From the IMG/VR virus record IMGVR_UViG_3300000052_000004, positions 1-31,449 of that record: 31,449 bases of DNA; one strand, 5' to 3'. Positions within the stretch are counted from its first letter, which is position 1. Every line of letters starts with the position of its first letter. Shown here piece by piece: positions 24,423-31,449 of the stretch. The stretch is from a virus. The position numbers and the translations under genes were made by a program. The notes under the pieces are model-generated. The model was given only the letters and a program-made list of their open reading frames with translations. It did not search any database and was not told where the DNA came from.

Positions 24423-24746
24423 ATGGCATCGACATTAAATTTCACGACCAAAAGAGGGGACACGTTCAAACAAACGGACTTCCAAATAAACGTTAACGAG
24501 GCACCTCTGAATCTTACTGGTGGCGATGTTAGAATGCAGCTCAGAAAAGAGGCAGGCGGTGTCGTTGCGCTTGAGGTGCCGATTACTATTTTTGACGCTA
24601 CCAATGGCGAGTTTTGTATTGATGAGCAAATCATCGACATACAAGCCTGCACCTATAAATATGATATTCAAATCACTCAAGATAGTGGCGAGGTTGATAC
24701 TTGGATAAGTGGACTCTTTACAGTAACCGACGACATCACACGATAA
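24423..24746 (+). CDS. small beta-rich tail/baseplate-associated protein
   Basis: 107 aa. The pattern RGDTF....F.I......LNLTGGDVRMQLRK....V.......I.DATNGEF.......I.....YKYDIQIT...GEV.TW.SG.F.V is typical of the small Ig-like/BppU-N-like modules encoded next to fibres. Confidence 0.35.
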   Translation: MASTLNFTTKRGDTFKQTDFQINVNEAPLNLTGGDVRMQLRKEAGGVVALEVPITIFDATNGEFCIDEQIIDIQACTYKYDIQITQDSGEVDTWISGLFTVTDDITR

Positions 24747-24750
24747 AACT

Positions 24751-26865
24751 ATGGCGGATAACGTTAACATTATAGTACAAGACACAATCAACGACATCGT
24801 AGTAAATGCAGCCGTTGTAGTTGAGACAATCGACATCAACGTACAAGCTGCGGTCGATGTGGTTGACATCGTAGCCAATCCAAATAACTACGTTGTAAAT
24901 ATCAACCGAATAATTGGCGAGCAAGTTCAAAGCGATTGGAATCAGTCGGACAATCAAGCTCCCGACTACATAAAAAACAAGCCGAGCATTCCGACCTTAA
25001 CAAGCGATTTAACAAACGACGGCGAGGATGGCGTTAATCCGTTTATAACGGCTGCCGATGTAACGCCTCAAGTCAATTCGGATTGGGATGCAACCACTGG
25101 AGTGGCTCAAATACTTAACAAACCCACTTTGGCAACCGTTGCAACAAGTGGCAGTTATAACGATTTGATAAACAAGCCTACAATCCCTGCGGCCCAAGTT
25201 AATAGTGATTGGAACGCAACGAGCGGAGTGGCTGAGATTTTAAACAAGCCGACTATTCCTGCGGCAGTTACAAAAACAAGCGACCTAACTAACGATGGCG
25301 AGGATGGTATCAATCCATTTATAACGGCTGCCGATATACCTCCAGTAACAGGCTTCGTACCTTACACAGGTGCAACGTCTAACGTCGATTTAGGAACACA
25401 TACTTTAAGCGCAAAAGATTTAGTTATAAACCATTCAAGTGGCAGCGGTGTAGCGGCTTCAATTACAAAGGGCGGAGCAGGCGAAGCGTTGACTATTAAC
25501 AAAACAAGCGGTAGCGGTAACGCAATGAGTGTAACAGGTGGCGTTACGCAGTTAGATGAGTTGCATTTAACTACTGATTTGGCAGATTCTTATATTGCAA
25601 GCGCAGTAACTTGGAACGGCAAACAAGCGGCTTTAGTAAGTGGCACAAACATTAAAACTATAAACGGCAGTTCAGTTTTAGGAAGTGGCGATTTGGTTGT
25701 TGGAGGTACAAATATTTATGGCTCTGACGGTAGTTTAACGGCTGCTCGAACTTTAACTTTAAATGCTTTTCCTTTAACTTTTGCGGGTACAACATCAACT
25801 CGATTTTATGCAAATGGCAATATTGGGGTTAACCAATTAACCGATATTGCAAGCGCACAATTATCAATTTCAAGCACTACAAAAGGAGTTTTAATACCGA
25901 GAATGACACTCGCACAACGTAACGCTATAAGTACACCTGCTGCGGGATTGCAAGTAGTTGTAACGGGCGAAACTTTTGGAGAATTTTTATCGTTTTATAA
26001 TGCTGATAGGGTTATTTGGGAAAGAGCTGTAATGAGTAGAAGCAGCGTTTTGAGTTGCGTTTTTGTTGGTCAAGCCTCGGGGTTCAATGTGACTGCGGTA
26101 ACGAACTCAAATTTTATAGGCAGTGAAGCGGGTAGTACTGCAACCGCTGCAAACGGTTCTAATTTCTTAGGTAATACTGCGGGTAAAAACGCAACCAATG
26201 CAGCTAATTCCAATTTCTTAGGTACAGGAGCGGGTTTAAGTGCGACAAATGCACAACAATCAAATTTCTTAGGACTTAGTGCGGGCGAAGGGGCAACAGG
26301 TGCATTACAAAGTTTTTTTGTTGGTTCATACACGGGCTATCAAGCAACAGGGGCAAGTGGTTCGGTTTTTCTTGGTAATGGTGCGGGTATTTCAGCAACT
26401 AATGCAAGTAACTCAAACTTTATTGGTAGAAGTACGGGTACGGGTGCTACGGGTGCAAACAACTCAAACTTCTTTGGTAATAATGTCGGTAATAGTTCGA
26501 GGCACGCAATCACAGGAGCAAATAATATATTGATAGGTACAAACATAACTACACCAACTGCGGCAACTGCAAATAGTGCAAATATAGGAGGTGTTCTTTA
26601 CTTAAATAATACATACGGAACAACAAGCGGAAACCCACAAGCAACTGCACAAACAAATGGTAAGGTTGGAATTAATACAACTACACCCGTTGCGAGTGCA
26701 GTTTTAGAAATTGTAAGTACTACGGCAGGGGTTTTGTTTCCGAGAATGACAACCACGCAAAAGAACGCAATAGTTACACCAACTGCGGGACTTGTTGTTT
26801 ACGACACAACACTTGCAAAATTATGTTTATATACAACAACTTGGGAAACCATAACATCACTTTAA
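24751..26865 (+). CDS. tail fibre / receptor-binding protein with internal repeats
   Basis: 704 aa. It has three SDWN/D...I(K/L)NKP(S/T)(I/L)P motifs common in phage fibres. It also has two TSDLTNDGEDG(V/I)NPFITAAD copies and about eight 17-aa SNFLGxxAGxxATxAxx repeats. Two STT(K/A)GVL(I/F)PRMT..Q(R/K)NAI..P.AGL modules are also present. Confidence 0.75.
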   Translation: MADNVNIIVQDTINDIVVNAAVVVETIDINVQAAVDVVDIVANPNNYVVNINRIIGEQVQSDWNQSDNQAPDYIKNKPSIPTLTSDLTNDGEDGVNPFITAADVTPQVNSDWDATTGVAQILNKPTLATVATSGSYNDLINKPTIPAAQVNSDWNATSGVAEILNKPTIPAAVTKTSDLTNDGEDGINPFITAADIPPVTGFVPYTGATSNVDLGTHTLSAKDLVINHSSGSGVAASITKGGAGEALTINKTSGSGNAMSVTGGVTQLDELHLTTDLADSYIASAVTWNGKQAALVSGTNIKTINGSSVLGSGDLVVGGTNIYGSDGSLTAARTLTLNAFPLTFAGTTSTRFYANGNIGVNQLTDIASAQLSISSTTKGVLIPRMTLAQRNAISTPAAGLQVVVTGETFGEFLSFYNADRVIWERAVMSRSSVLSCVFVGQASGFNVTAVTNSNFIGSEAGSTATAANGSNFLGNTAGKNATNAANSNFLGTGAGLSATNAQQSNFLGLSAGEGATGALQSFFVGSYTGYQATGASGSVFLGNGAGISATNASNSNFIGRSTGTGATGANNSNFFGNNVGNSSRHAITGANNILIGTNITTPTAATANSANIGGVLYLNNTYGTTSGNPQATAQTNGKVGINTTTPVASAVLEIVSTTAGVLFPRMTTTQKNAIVTPTAGLVVYDTTLAKLCLYTTTWETITSL
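24922..25341 (+). repeat. coding repeats in the fibre N-terminal region
   Basis: SDW-NKP motifs fall at about aa 61-81, 110-125 and 152-170. The TSDLTNDGEDG.NPFITAAD copies fall at aa 84-103 and 176-195. Confidence 0.85.
26060..26545 (+). repeat. tandem 51-nt (17-aa) coding repeats, about 8 copies
   Basis: The copies read NSNFIGSEAGSTATAANG / SNFLGNTAGKNATNAAN / SNFLGTGAGLSATNAQQ / SNFLGLSAGEGATGALQ / SFFVGSYTGYQATGASG / SVFLGNGAGISATNASN / SNFIGRSTGTGATGANN / SNFFGNNVGN... Confidence 0.85.
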
Positions 26866-26876
26866 AATAAATAAAA

Positions 26877-27146
26877 ATGGCACTAATTGAACCGATTAAT
26901 TTCCCTTTCACTGGAGAGGCTACTGAACTAAAAGTATTAGTTTTGAATTTTGCAACCGATGCGACTACTTGCGCAACTTATAACCAACTATTAACCGAGG
27001 AGGGTGTAGTTTGTACCGAATGGAACTACGCTTTAACCACCGAGGAGTTTTCAGCGTGGGGAGAGGATAACACTTGGGTTGAGCAATGCGTTGCAAAAGA
27101 TAAAGGAATAGTAATTTTAAAACCCTTAGACTTATGGAAGAGTTAA
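26877..27146 (+). CDS. hypothetical protein (89 aa)
   Basis: ORF track entry. No motif recognised. Confidence 0.45.
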   Translation: MALIEPINFPFTGEATELKVLVLNFATDATTCATYNQLLTEEGVVCTEWNYALTTEEFSAWGEDNTWVEQCVAKDKGIVILKPLDLWKS

Positions 27147-27271
27147 ATGTAATTAAACAAGCGATTGAAATCGCAGTAAAAGCGGGAGTTTATCAAATGG
27201 CTGACGTGGTTGCTTTGTCACAAATACTTGACAAATTAGTGACAAAATTACAAGACAATGAAACAAATTAA
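27134..27271 (+). CDS. possible 45-aa protein
   Basis: ATG 27134 to TAA 27269-27271 gives MEELNVIKQAIEIAVKAGVYQMADVVALSQILDKLVTKLQDNETN. It bridges an otherwise non-coding gap and overlaps both neighbours. Confidence 0.3.
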   Translation: MEELNVIKQAIEIAVKAGVYQMADVVALSQILDKLVTKLQDNETN

Positions 27272-27455
27272 GGAGCATTTACTGCCGATTATTTTAATCG
27301 TTTTGGGGATACTTGACCAAACGACTGACCTATTGGTGGAACTGATATCGCAATTTGGCTTGCCAGATTATTTTGGAACAATCCTAAAAATTTTAGTTAT
27401 TACTTTGGGAGGTATTAAATTATATCTTTCACAGCCAAACAAATTTAACCAATGA
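27258..27455 (+). CDS. putative holin (two transmembrane segments)
   Basis: 65 aa. The hydrophobic segments are LLPIILIVLGIL and FGTILKILVITLGGIKLYL, with a polar C-terminus. The gene lies 2 genes upstream of the endolysin. Confidence 0.45.
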   Translation: MKQIKEHLLPIILIVLGILDQTTDLLVELISQFGLPDYFGTILKILVITLGGIKLYLSQPNKFNQ

Positions 27456-27742
27456 GCATTGAAAGCGAACGCCTCGACCGAATAGAGCAACACATCAAAG
27501 AAATTAAAAAAGATTCCGAGATTCGCTCGGCTGACATCAAAGAGATTAAGCAAGCCCTACTCGGGAACGACCTCAACGGATTTCGTGGCCTTGTTTGGAA
27601 AATCTCAGACATTGACACGCGAGTGATTGATTTGGAGGAGAACGACGCCGAGCTTAAGGTGTACATTAAACAAGCCAAAGTCATTGCCGTAGCTTTTACC
27701 GCTGCGCTCGTTACATTATTATTCAAAGCATTTGCAAAATGA
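27452..27742 (+). CDS. coiled-coil protein with C-terminal membrane anchor (lysis-cassette accessory)
   Basis: 96 aa. The N-terminal part is charged and helical and the C-terminus VIAVAFTAALVTLLFKAF is hydrophobic. ATGA overlaps link it to both neighbours. Confidence 0.4.
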   Translation: MSIESERLDRIEQHIKEIKKDSEIRSADIKEIKQALLGNDLNGFRGLVWKISDIDTRVIDLEENDAELKVYIKQAKVIAVAFTAALVTLLFKAFAK

Positions 27743-28188
27743 AACTAAATAACGCGGGTTATCGACTGATTTGTAAATTTGAGGGGTTTAGTTCTAAACC
27801 GTATTTGTGCAGCGCGAAAGTGCCGACCATAGGTTACGGAAATACTTACTACCTAAATTCGAAACGCGTTACTTTACTCGATAAGCCAATCACTGAACTC
27901 GAAGCGTTTGAGATGTTTAAAGTAATTGCGGACAAATTTGCAGCAAGAGTGAGTAAATTAGTAACGGCTCCGCTTGATCAGGGACAGTTTAACGCCCTTG
28001 TGTCTCTCTGTTATAACATAGGCCCATCCAGTTTTGAGAAATCCACGCTATTGCGTAAGGTCAACTTCAACCACTTTGATCCGTCAATTCGGGCCGAGTT
28101 CCTAAAATGGAATAAAGCAGGCGGGAACGTTTTAAAAGGTCTCACAATTCGACGCAAAGCCGAAGCCGACATATATTTTGGAGAATAG
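27739..28188 (+). CDS. endolysin, GH24 (T4/lambda-type) lysozyme
   Basis: LICKFEGFSSKPYLCSAKVPTIGYGNT gives the E-x8-(D/C)-x5-T catalytic signature. The C-terminal LKGLTIRRKAE is typical of the family. Confidence 0.9.
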   Translation: MKLNNAGYRLICKFEGFSSKPYLCSAKVPTIGYGNTYYLNSKRVTLLDKPITELEAFEMFKVIADKFAARVSKLVTAPLDQGQFNALVSLCYNIGPSSFEKSTLLRKVNFNHFDPSIRAEFLKWNKAGGNVLKGLTIRRKAEADIYFGE

Positions 28189-29182
28189 AACCACATACAA
28201 GGGCGAAATTGCCCGCGAGTATATAGCAAAGTTCCCAAAGTCATCAACGATGGCAATTTCAAGACTATTGCACCAGGATTTTCCGATTGATTTCACAAGC
28301 GTTGACAATGCGCGCGGTATTGTGCGAACACATCGCAACGAACGCTCAGATCGTCAAGACAAAAACGCAATCGGAGAACGGACTGAACAAGAAAAAAAAG
28401 ACTTTATGAAAACAAGTGCATTTGAATTACCCGAAAGCGACTATGAGAAGCAAGGCACGGTCATCGTTCCAAACAAAAACATTCTCTTTTTAACCGACAT
28501 ACATTTCCCCTACCAAAACAATGACGCGCTCCGACTTGCTATCGACTACGGCAAGGCTGAGAACGTCGACTGCGTTTACTTAAATGGGGACACTATCGAC
28601 ATGTATATGCTTTCGCGTTTCATAAAGGATCGCCGCTTGCGAAATATGGCCGACGAGCTTGAGATGACGCGCAACTTTTTAAAGAATTTGCAAGACCATT
28701 TCCAATGCCCGATATATTTTAAGATTGGCAACCACGAGGATCGCTGGCAAAACTTCCTTAAAATGCAGGCTCCCGAATTGTTAGGCATTCCTGACTTTGA
28801 ACTTGCAACGATTTTGCGCTTTGGCGAGTTTGGTGTGCAAGAGGTCAAGTCAAAACAAATCGCAAAGGCTGGTAAATTGCCACTATTGCACGGACACGAA
28901 TTTTTTAGCGGCTTTGCTCCACCTGTTAACCCAGCACGTGGCCTTTATATGAAAGCCAAAGAGTCTTGTATTATTGGCCACCACCATAGAACGAGCGAAC
29001 ACACCGAGGTTAATCTTAGCGGAGACGTTACGACTACCTGGAGCGTGGGTTGCCTGTCAGGATTAAGCCCGGATTATATGCCTTTCAACTCTTGGAACAA
29101 CGGATTTGCCCACATTCACGTTGAAAAGGGCGGAGATTATGAGGTCAACAACTTGCGAATTGTAGAGAATAAAATCCGATAA
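28178..29182 (+). CDS. calcineurin-like metallophosphoesterase
   Basis: The motifs LFLTDIHFP (DxH), LNGDTID (GD), KIGNHEDRW (GNHE), LLHGHEF and IIGHHHRTSEH are present. The track start is TTG 28178, and ATG 28250 is the alternative. Confidence 0.8.
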   Translation: MENRTTYKGEIAREYIAKFPKSSTMAISRLLHQDFPIDFTSVDNARGIVRTHRNERSDRQDKNAIGERTEQEKKDFMKTSAFELPESDYEKQGTVIVPNKNILFLTDIHFPYQNNDALRLAIDYGKAENVDCVYLNGDTIDMYMLSRFIKDRRLRNMADELEMTRNFLKNLQDHFQCPIYFKIGNHEDRWQNFLKMQAPELLGIPDFELATILRFGEFGVQEVKSKQIAKAGKLPLLHGHEFFSGFAPPVNPARGLYMKAKESCIIGHHHRTSEHTEVNLSGDVTTTWSVGCLSGLSPDYMPFNSWNNGFAHIHVEKGGDYEVNNLRIVENKIR

Positions 29183-29183
29183 A

Positions 29184-29639
29184 ATGAGATATTTATTCAT
29201 ATTGCTATTATTGGCGAGCTGCGGGGCGCGTAAAGTCAACAAAAGCACAACCGAAACCGAGACAAAAAGCGAGATTACTGTTGTTGATTCCGCAAAAGTA
29301 TATACAAATGAGGTATCCGAAGGGGATATACACACCGATGAGTTTGAGATAACGCCAGTAGATACCCTCAAACCGATTATTATTATAGACAGTCAAGGCA
29401 AAAAGACTACAATCAAGAACGGCCGTATTAAGAAACGAAAGCAAATAAGCCGATTTAAGGCTTTAAAATCTCAAAGCGTACACAATACACGCAAAACTCA
29501 AAAAACTGCCACACAATCGACCAAAGCAAGCGAAAAACACGTTGAGCGTAAAGAGTGGTTCGGTTGGATTTGGTTGATCCTTATTATTGCGGCAATTCTA
29601 TACATTTACCGCCGCTTTTTTATCTCCCGATTTATTTAG
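29184..29639 (+). CDS. putative unimolecular spanin (lipoprotein signal + C-terminal TMD)
   Basis: MRYLFILLLLASC carries an L-A-S-C lipobox. The C-terminal WFGWIWLILIIAAILYIY followed by RRFF is a TMD. The region between is Thr/Lys-rich and soluble. The gene is last in the late operon. Confidence 0.5.
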   Translation: MRYLFILLLLASCGARKVNKSTTETETKSEITVVDSAKVYTNEVSEGDIHTDEFEITPVDTLKPIIIIDSQGKKTTIKNGRIKKRKQISRFKALKSQSVHNTRKTQKTATQSTKASEKHVERKEWFGWIWLILIIAAILYIYRRFFISRFI

Positions 29640-29682
29640 AATTTGTATAAATAAGCATTAAAAACAAACTTTGTTTAATTTT

Positions 29683-29715
29683 TTGTTGTTTAATTAATTT
29701 ATTGTTATAGATTTG
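29683..29715 (+). promoter_or_regulatory. Bacteroidetes-type promoter candidate (early promoter)
   Basis: TTTG (29683-29686), then N21, then TAGATTTG (29708-29715). It sits in the 110-nt AT-rich gap between the last late gene and the first small early ORF. Confidence 0.4.
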
Positions 29716-29749
29716 TACTCAGATAACAACAAATAAAAACACAAACACT

Positions 29750-29920
29750 ATGACAACTACAATTTATCAATTAGTATCAACTGGAAATTATGATGAAAAA
29801 GCAATCACTAAATTTCACGCTAAACAAGTTAAATTAAATAATGGAAATATAGATTTAGCGGATGCAATGGTTAGAATTTACAAACATAATTTTTTAATAA
29901 GAACTAAAAAATCGTTTTAA
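29750..29920 (+). CDS. possible 56-aa protein
   Basis: ATG 29750 to TAA 29918-29920 gives MTTTIYQLVSTGNYDEKAITKFHAKQVKLNNGNIDLADAMVRIYKHNFLIRTKKSF. It is below the track threshold and is followed 2 nt later by the next ATG. Confidence 0.35.
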   Translation: MTTTIYQLVSTGNYDEKAITKFHAKQVKLNNGNIDLADAMVRIYKHNFLIRTKKSF

Positions 29921-29922
29921 TT

Positions 29923-30219
29923 ATGAAAACAATTAACCCACCGCAGTTTTTAGAAAAAATAACTGAATTAGAAAATAGAGCATATAAAATAAACGATGTC
30001 TATTGTATTGATTTAATTCATCATTTTGAAATATTATTTAGCAAGCAACAAAATGAATGGTTCAAAGCAGACAATAAAGCTTTTACTCAAACTTATGATG
30101 TTTGTATAAAACTTTTTGAAATGAATTTAATCTGTAAAAAAGAAGAGCCAATTTATAGAAATAGTAGTTTTTGTGGCAATAACGTTTACTTTAAATATAA
30201 TAAAAATCTAAAATATTAA
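29923..30219 (+). CDS. hypothetical protein (98 aa, AT-rich)
   Basis: ORF track entry. No motif recognised. Confidence 0.5.
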   Translation: MKTINPPQFLEKITELENRAYKINDVYCIDLIHHFEILFSKQQNEWFKADNKAFTQTYDVCIKLFEMNLICKKEEPIYRNSSFCGNNVYFKYNKNLKY

Positions 30220-30223
30220 TACT

Positions 30224-30430
30224 ATGACTCCAAAACAAAAAGCTCATGAATTATTTTTAAAATGTCCTATTGTTAAAATTGTAGACACAGAACATACTGT
30301 AATAAATTCTTTATCAATTGTAGAATTAAAACAAGTATTATTATTTTTAGTTGATGAAATAATAAGATTATCTAATCATATTGAAGTTTATTATTGGAAC
30401 GAAGTTAAAAACGAAATCAACCAACTATGA
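30224..30430 (+). CDS. hypothetical protein (68 aa, AT-rich)
   Basis: ORF track entry. No motif recognised. Confidence 0.5.
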   Translation: MTPKQKAHELFLKCPIVKIVDTEHTVINSLSIVELKQVLLFLVDEIIRLSNHIEVYYWNEVKNEINQL

Positions 30431-30519
30431 AATACTTTTTACAACATCGCAAACCGCAGTACATTTTTTGTTTAATTATGGCCGCTTATTTTATCGGTCA
30501 ACTAATCTTTAGATCATAA
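30427..30519 (+). CDS. possible 30-aa membrane peptide
   Basis: MKYFLQHRKPQYIFCLIMAAYFIGQLIFRS. It has an ATGA overlap with the upstream stop and a TAATG overlap with the downstream start. Confidence 0.35.
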   Translation: MKYFLQHRKPQYIFCLIMAAYFIGQLIFRS

Positions 30520-30734
30520 TGGAAAATTTAGAACTTGAAATTAAAAAACACGAACGCGCTATCAAAATACTTGAGGCGTTTAAAGAATCAGACCGACGCT
30601 TTAATGACCACAAAAGTCGAATCGAACGTAACGAGCGTTTATTTGGTTTAGACGTGCAAGACTGGAACAAACAAAGAATGATTGCTAACTTTAATATTGG
30701 CCTTAGATTGGCCCGAATGTATGAGAATTTATAG
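30519..30734 (+). CDS. hypothetical protein (71 aa)
   Basis: ORF track entry. The sequence is charged and helical. Confidence 0.45.
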   Translation: MENLELEIKKHERAIKILEAFKESDRRFNDHKSRIERNERLFGLDVQDWNKQRMIANFNIGLRLARMYENL

Positions 30735-30891
30735 ACTTTATTACTACACCGAGCAGTTCGATGAGTGTTTTGATTATGACATGGACATCGAAGCCAGCAG
30801 CATCGCCGAGGCAATACTTATTTTTAATCAATCCTCAATAGTTTGTAAGCGCGTTTGGCGCGTTGAGGAGTTACCATTTAGACACAAATAA
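30721..30891 (+). CDS. hypothetical protein (56 aa)
   Basis: The track ORF is 30682..30891. ATG 30721 (MRIYRLYYYTEQ...) keeps the overlap with the upstream gene to 14 nt. Confidence 0.4.
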   Translation: MRIYRLYYYTEQFDECFDYDMDIEASSIAEAILIFNQSSIVCKRVWRVEELPFRHK

Positions 30892-31040
30892 TGAGAAACG
30901 AACGAGGCGCAGGCCGTAAAACTAAATTCGAGGAAGGAACGCAGACAAAAATACTGCACAAGCTTATCCCAGTAGACTCGGAGAACGAGGTTAAACAATC
31001 AATAGATAAAATTATTTTAAAATGGATGAGAAAAAAATAA
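30891..31040 (+). CDS. possible 49-aa basic protein
   Basis: MRNERGAGRKTKFEEGTQTKILHKLIPVDSENEVKQSIDKIILKWMRKK. The ATG overlaps the upstream stop (TAATG). The basic N-terminal arm looks like a small DNA-binding protein. Confidence 0.3.
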   Translation: MRNERGAGRKTKFEEGTQTKILHKLIPVDSENEVKQSIDKIILKWMRKK

Positions 31041-31147
31041 ACCTCAAAGAGGCTAAAAAGTTCGATAAGTGGATGAAAAAAACCGTTAAATCGGTTTACT
31101 ATTCCGATCACAAAAAAATGACTAACGCATACTTAAAATTAAATTAA
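31022..31147 (+). CDS. possible 41-aa protein
   Basis: MDEKKINLKEAKKFDKWMKKTVKSVYYSDHKKMTNAYLKLN. Its stop lies 1 nt before ATG 31149. Confidence 0.3.
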   Translation: MDEKKINLKEAKKFDKWMKKTVKSVYYSDHKKMTNAYLKLN

Positions 31148-31148
31148 A

Positions 31149-31449
31149 ATGGGAGCAAACGCAAAACTATTCCTGGAAAATTCAGAACAACTAATCACGA
31201 TGTACGAGCCATCGTTCACAAAAAAAGACGCAATCCTTACTGGCAAGCGCATGGTCGACAACGTACTCGAAGAGGGCAACGTTGACAAGCACATGTTTAT
31301 GGCGAACATTTGCCGACTTAAAGAGGTCGTTAATTCAGCCGACGCCGAAATGCGTAAGCACTTGCCCGAAGAGAAAATGACTTGCTACGGCGTCGAGTTC
31401 ACACCAGTAAACGGAGGCGAGACTATAAACTTTGGAGACGATCCGATTT
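31149..31449 (+). CDS. 5' part of the junction-spanning hypothetical protein (continues at base 41)
   Basis: ATG 31149 is open to the end of the window, and the last 40 nt repeat bases 1-40 in frame. Confidence 0.6.
   Translation, partial: MGANAKLFLENSEQLITMYEPSFTKKDAILTGKRMVDNVLEEGNVDKHMFMANICRLKEVVNSADAEMRKHLPEEKMTCYGVEFTPVNGGETINFGDDPI
31410..31449. repeat. terminal direct repeat, copy 2
   Basis: Identical to bases 1-40. Confidence 0.95.

Noticed and set aside
24362-24496. A small + strand ORF starting at ATG 24362 (MRKVDKRTEENIKKLKLFLKNG...).
   Set aside because: It overlaps the first ~70 nt of the 24423 gene in another frame. The 63-nt stretch is more simply an intergenic leader. It is not excluded, just unsupported.
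24435-24957. Long antisense ORFs 24435..24878 (-) and 24736..24957 (-).
   Set aside because: They overlap well-supported + strand structural genes, have low-complexity Thr/Ser/Ile/Val composition, and no other credible gene lies on the - strand.
24922-25341. A diversity-generating retroelement (template/variable repeat pair) suggested by the duplicated TSDLTNDGEDG.NPFITAAD segments.
   Set aside because: There is no reverse transcriptase anywhere in the genome. The differences between the copies are not restricted to adenine positions, and both copies are in-frame parts of the same protein.
26060-26545. A CRISPR-like array suggested by regular 51-nt periodicity.
   Set aside because: The periodicity is a degenerate in-frame coding repeat inside the tail fibre ORF. 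There are no conserved direct repeats with unique spacers and no cas genes.
1-31449. A lysogeny module (integrase, repressor, attP) or other mobile-element genes.
   Set aside because: No tyrosine or serine recombinase motifs, CI/Cro-like divergent pair or transposase were recognised in any frame. The genome looks virulent, although small HTH proteins among the orphan ORFs cannot be excluded.

Overview
The window is essentially one complete tailed dsDNA phage genome. Bases 1-40 are identical to 31410-31449, giving a unit length of 31,409 bp (circular assembly or terminal redundancy), and one ORF spans the junction. Every credible gene is on the + strand.

A Bacteroidetes (Flavobacteriia-like) host is suggested by three things: a BT4734/VirE-type primase domain, almost no Shine-Dalgarno sequences, and two good TTTG-N19-21-TAnnTTTG promoter matches.

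Layout:
- An early/replication arm runs from about 29750 across the junction to about 10250. It holds many tiny ORFs, a DnaA-domain-IV-like HTH protein, a gp2.5-like SSB, a candidate ori, a primase-helicase, a PD-(D/E)XK nuclease, an SF2 helicase, an orphan C5 cytosine methyltransferase, VRR-NUC, DUF3310 and an ECF-like sigma factor.
- A late arm runs from 10260 to 29639. It holds terS, terL, tail genes, a tape measure, an XkdF-like protease/scaffold, the major capsid protein, a tail tube candidate, a portal, a repeat-rich tail fibre and a lysis cassette (holin, GH24 endolysin, candidate unimolecular spanin).

I saw no integrase or repressor, no tRNA, no rRNA, no CRISPR array and no transposase.

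The main discovery candidate is in terL. The gene is split inside its Walker A P-loop by a roughly 40-43-nt cassette made of a UAG stop plus an 11-bp hairpin, with stops in all three frames. The two halves can only be joined by a ribosomal hop of the T4 gene 60 type, or by removal of the cassette at the RNA level.

The second candidate is a U9 slippery run giving a -1 frameshift in a tail-assembly-chaperone-like gene.

All functional calls rest on motifs read by eye. No database searches were run.
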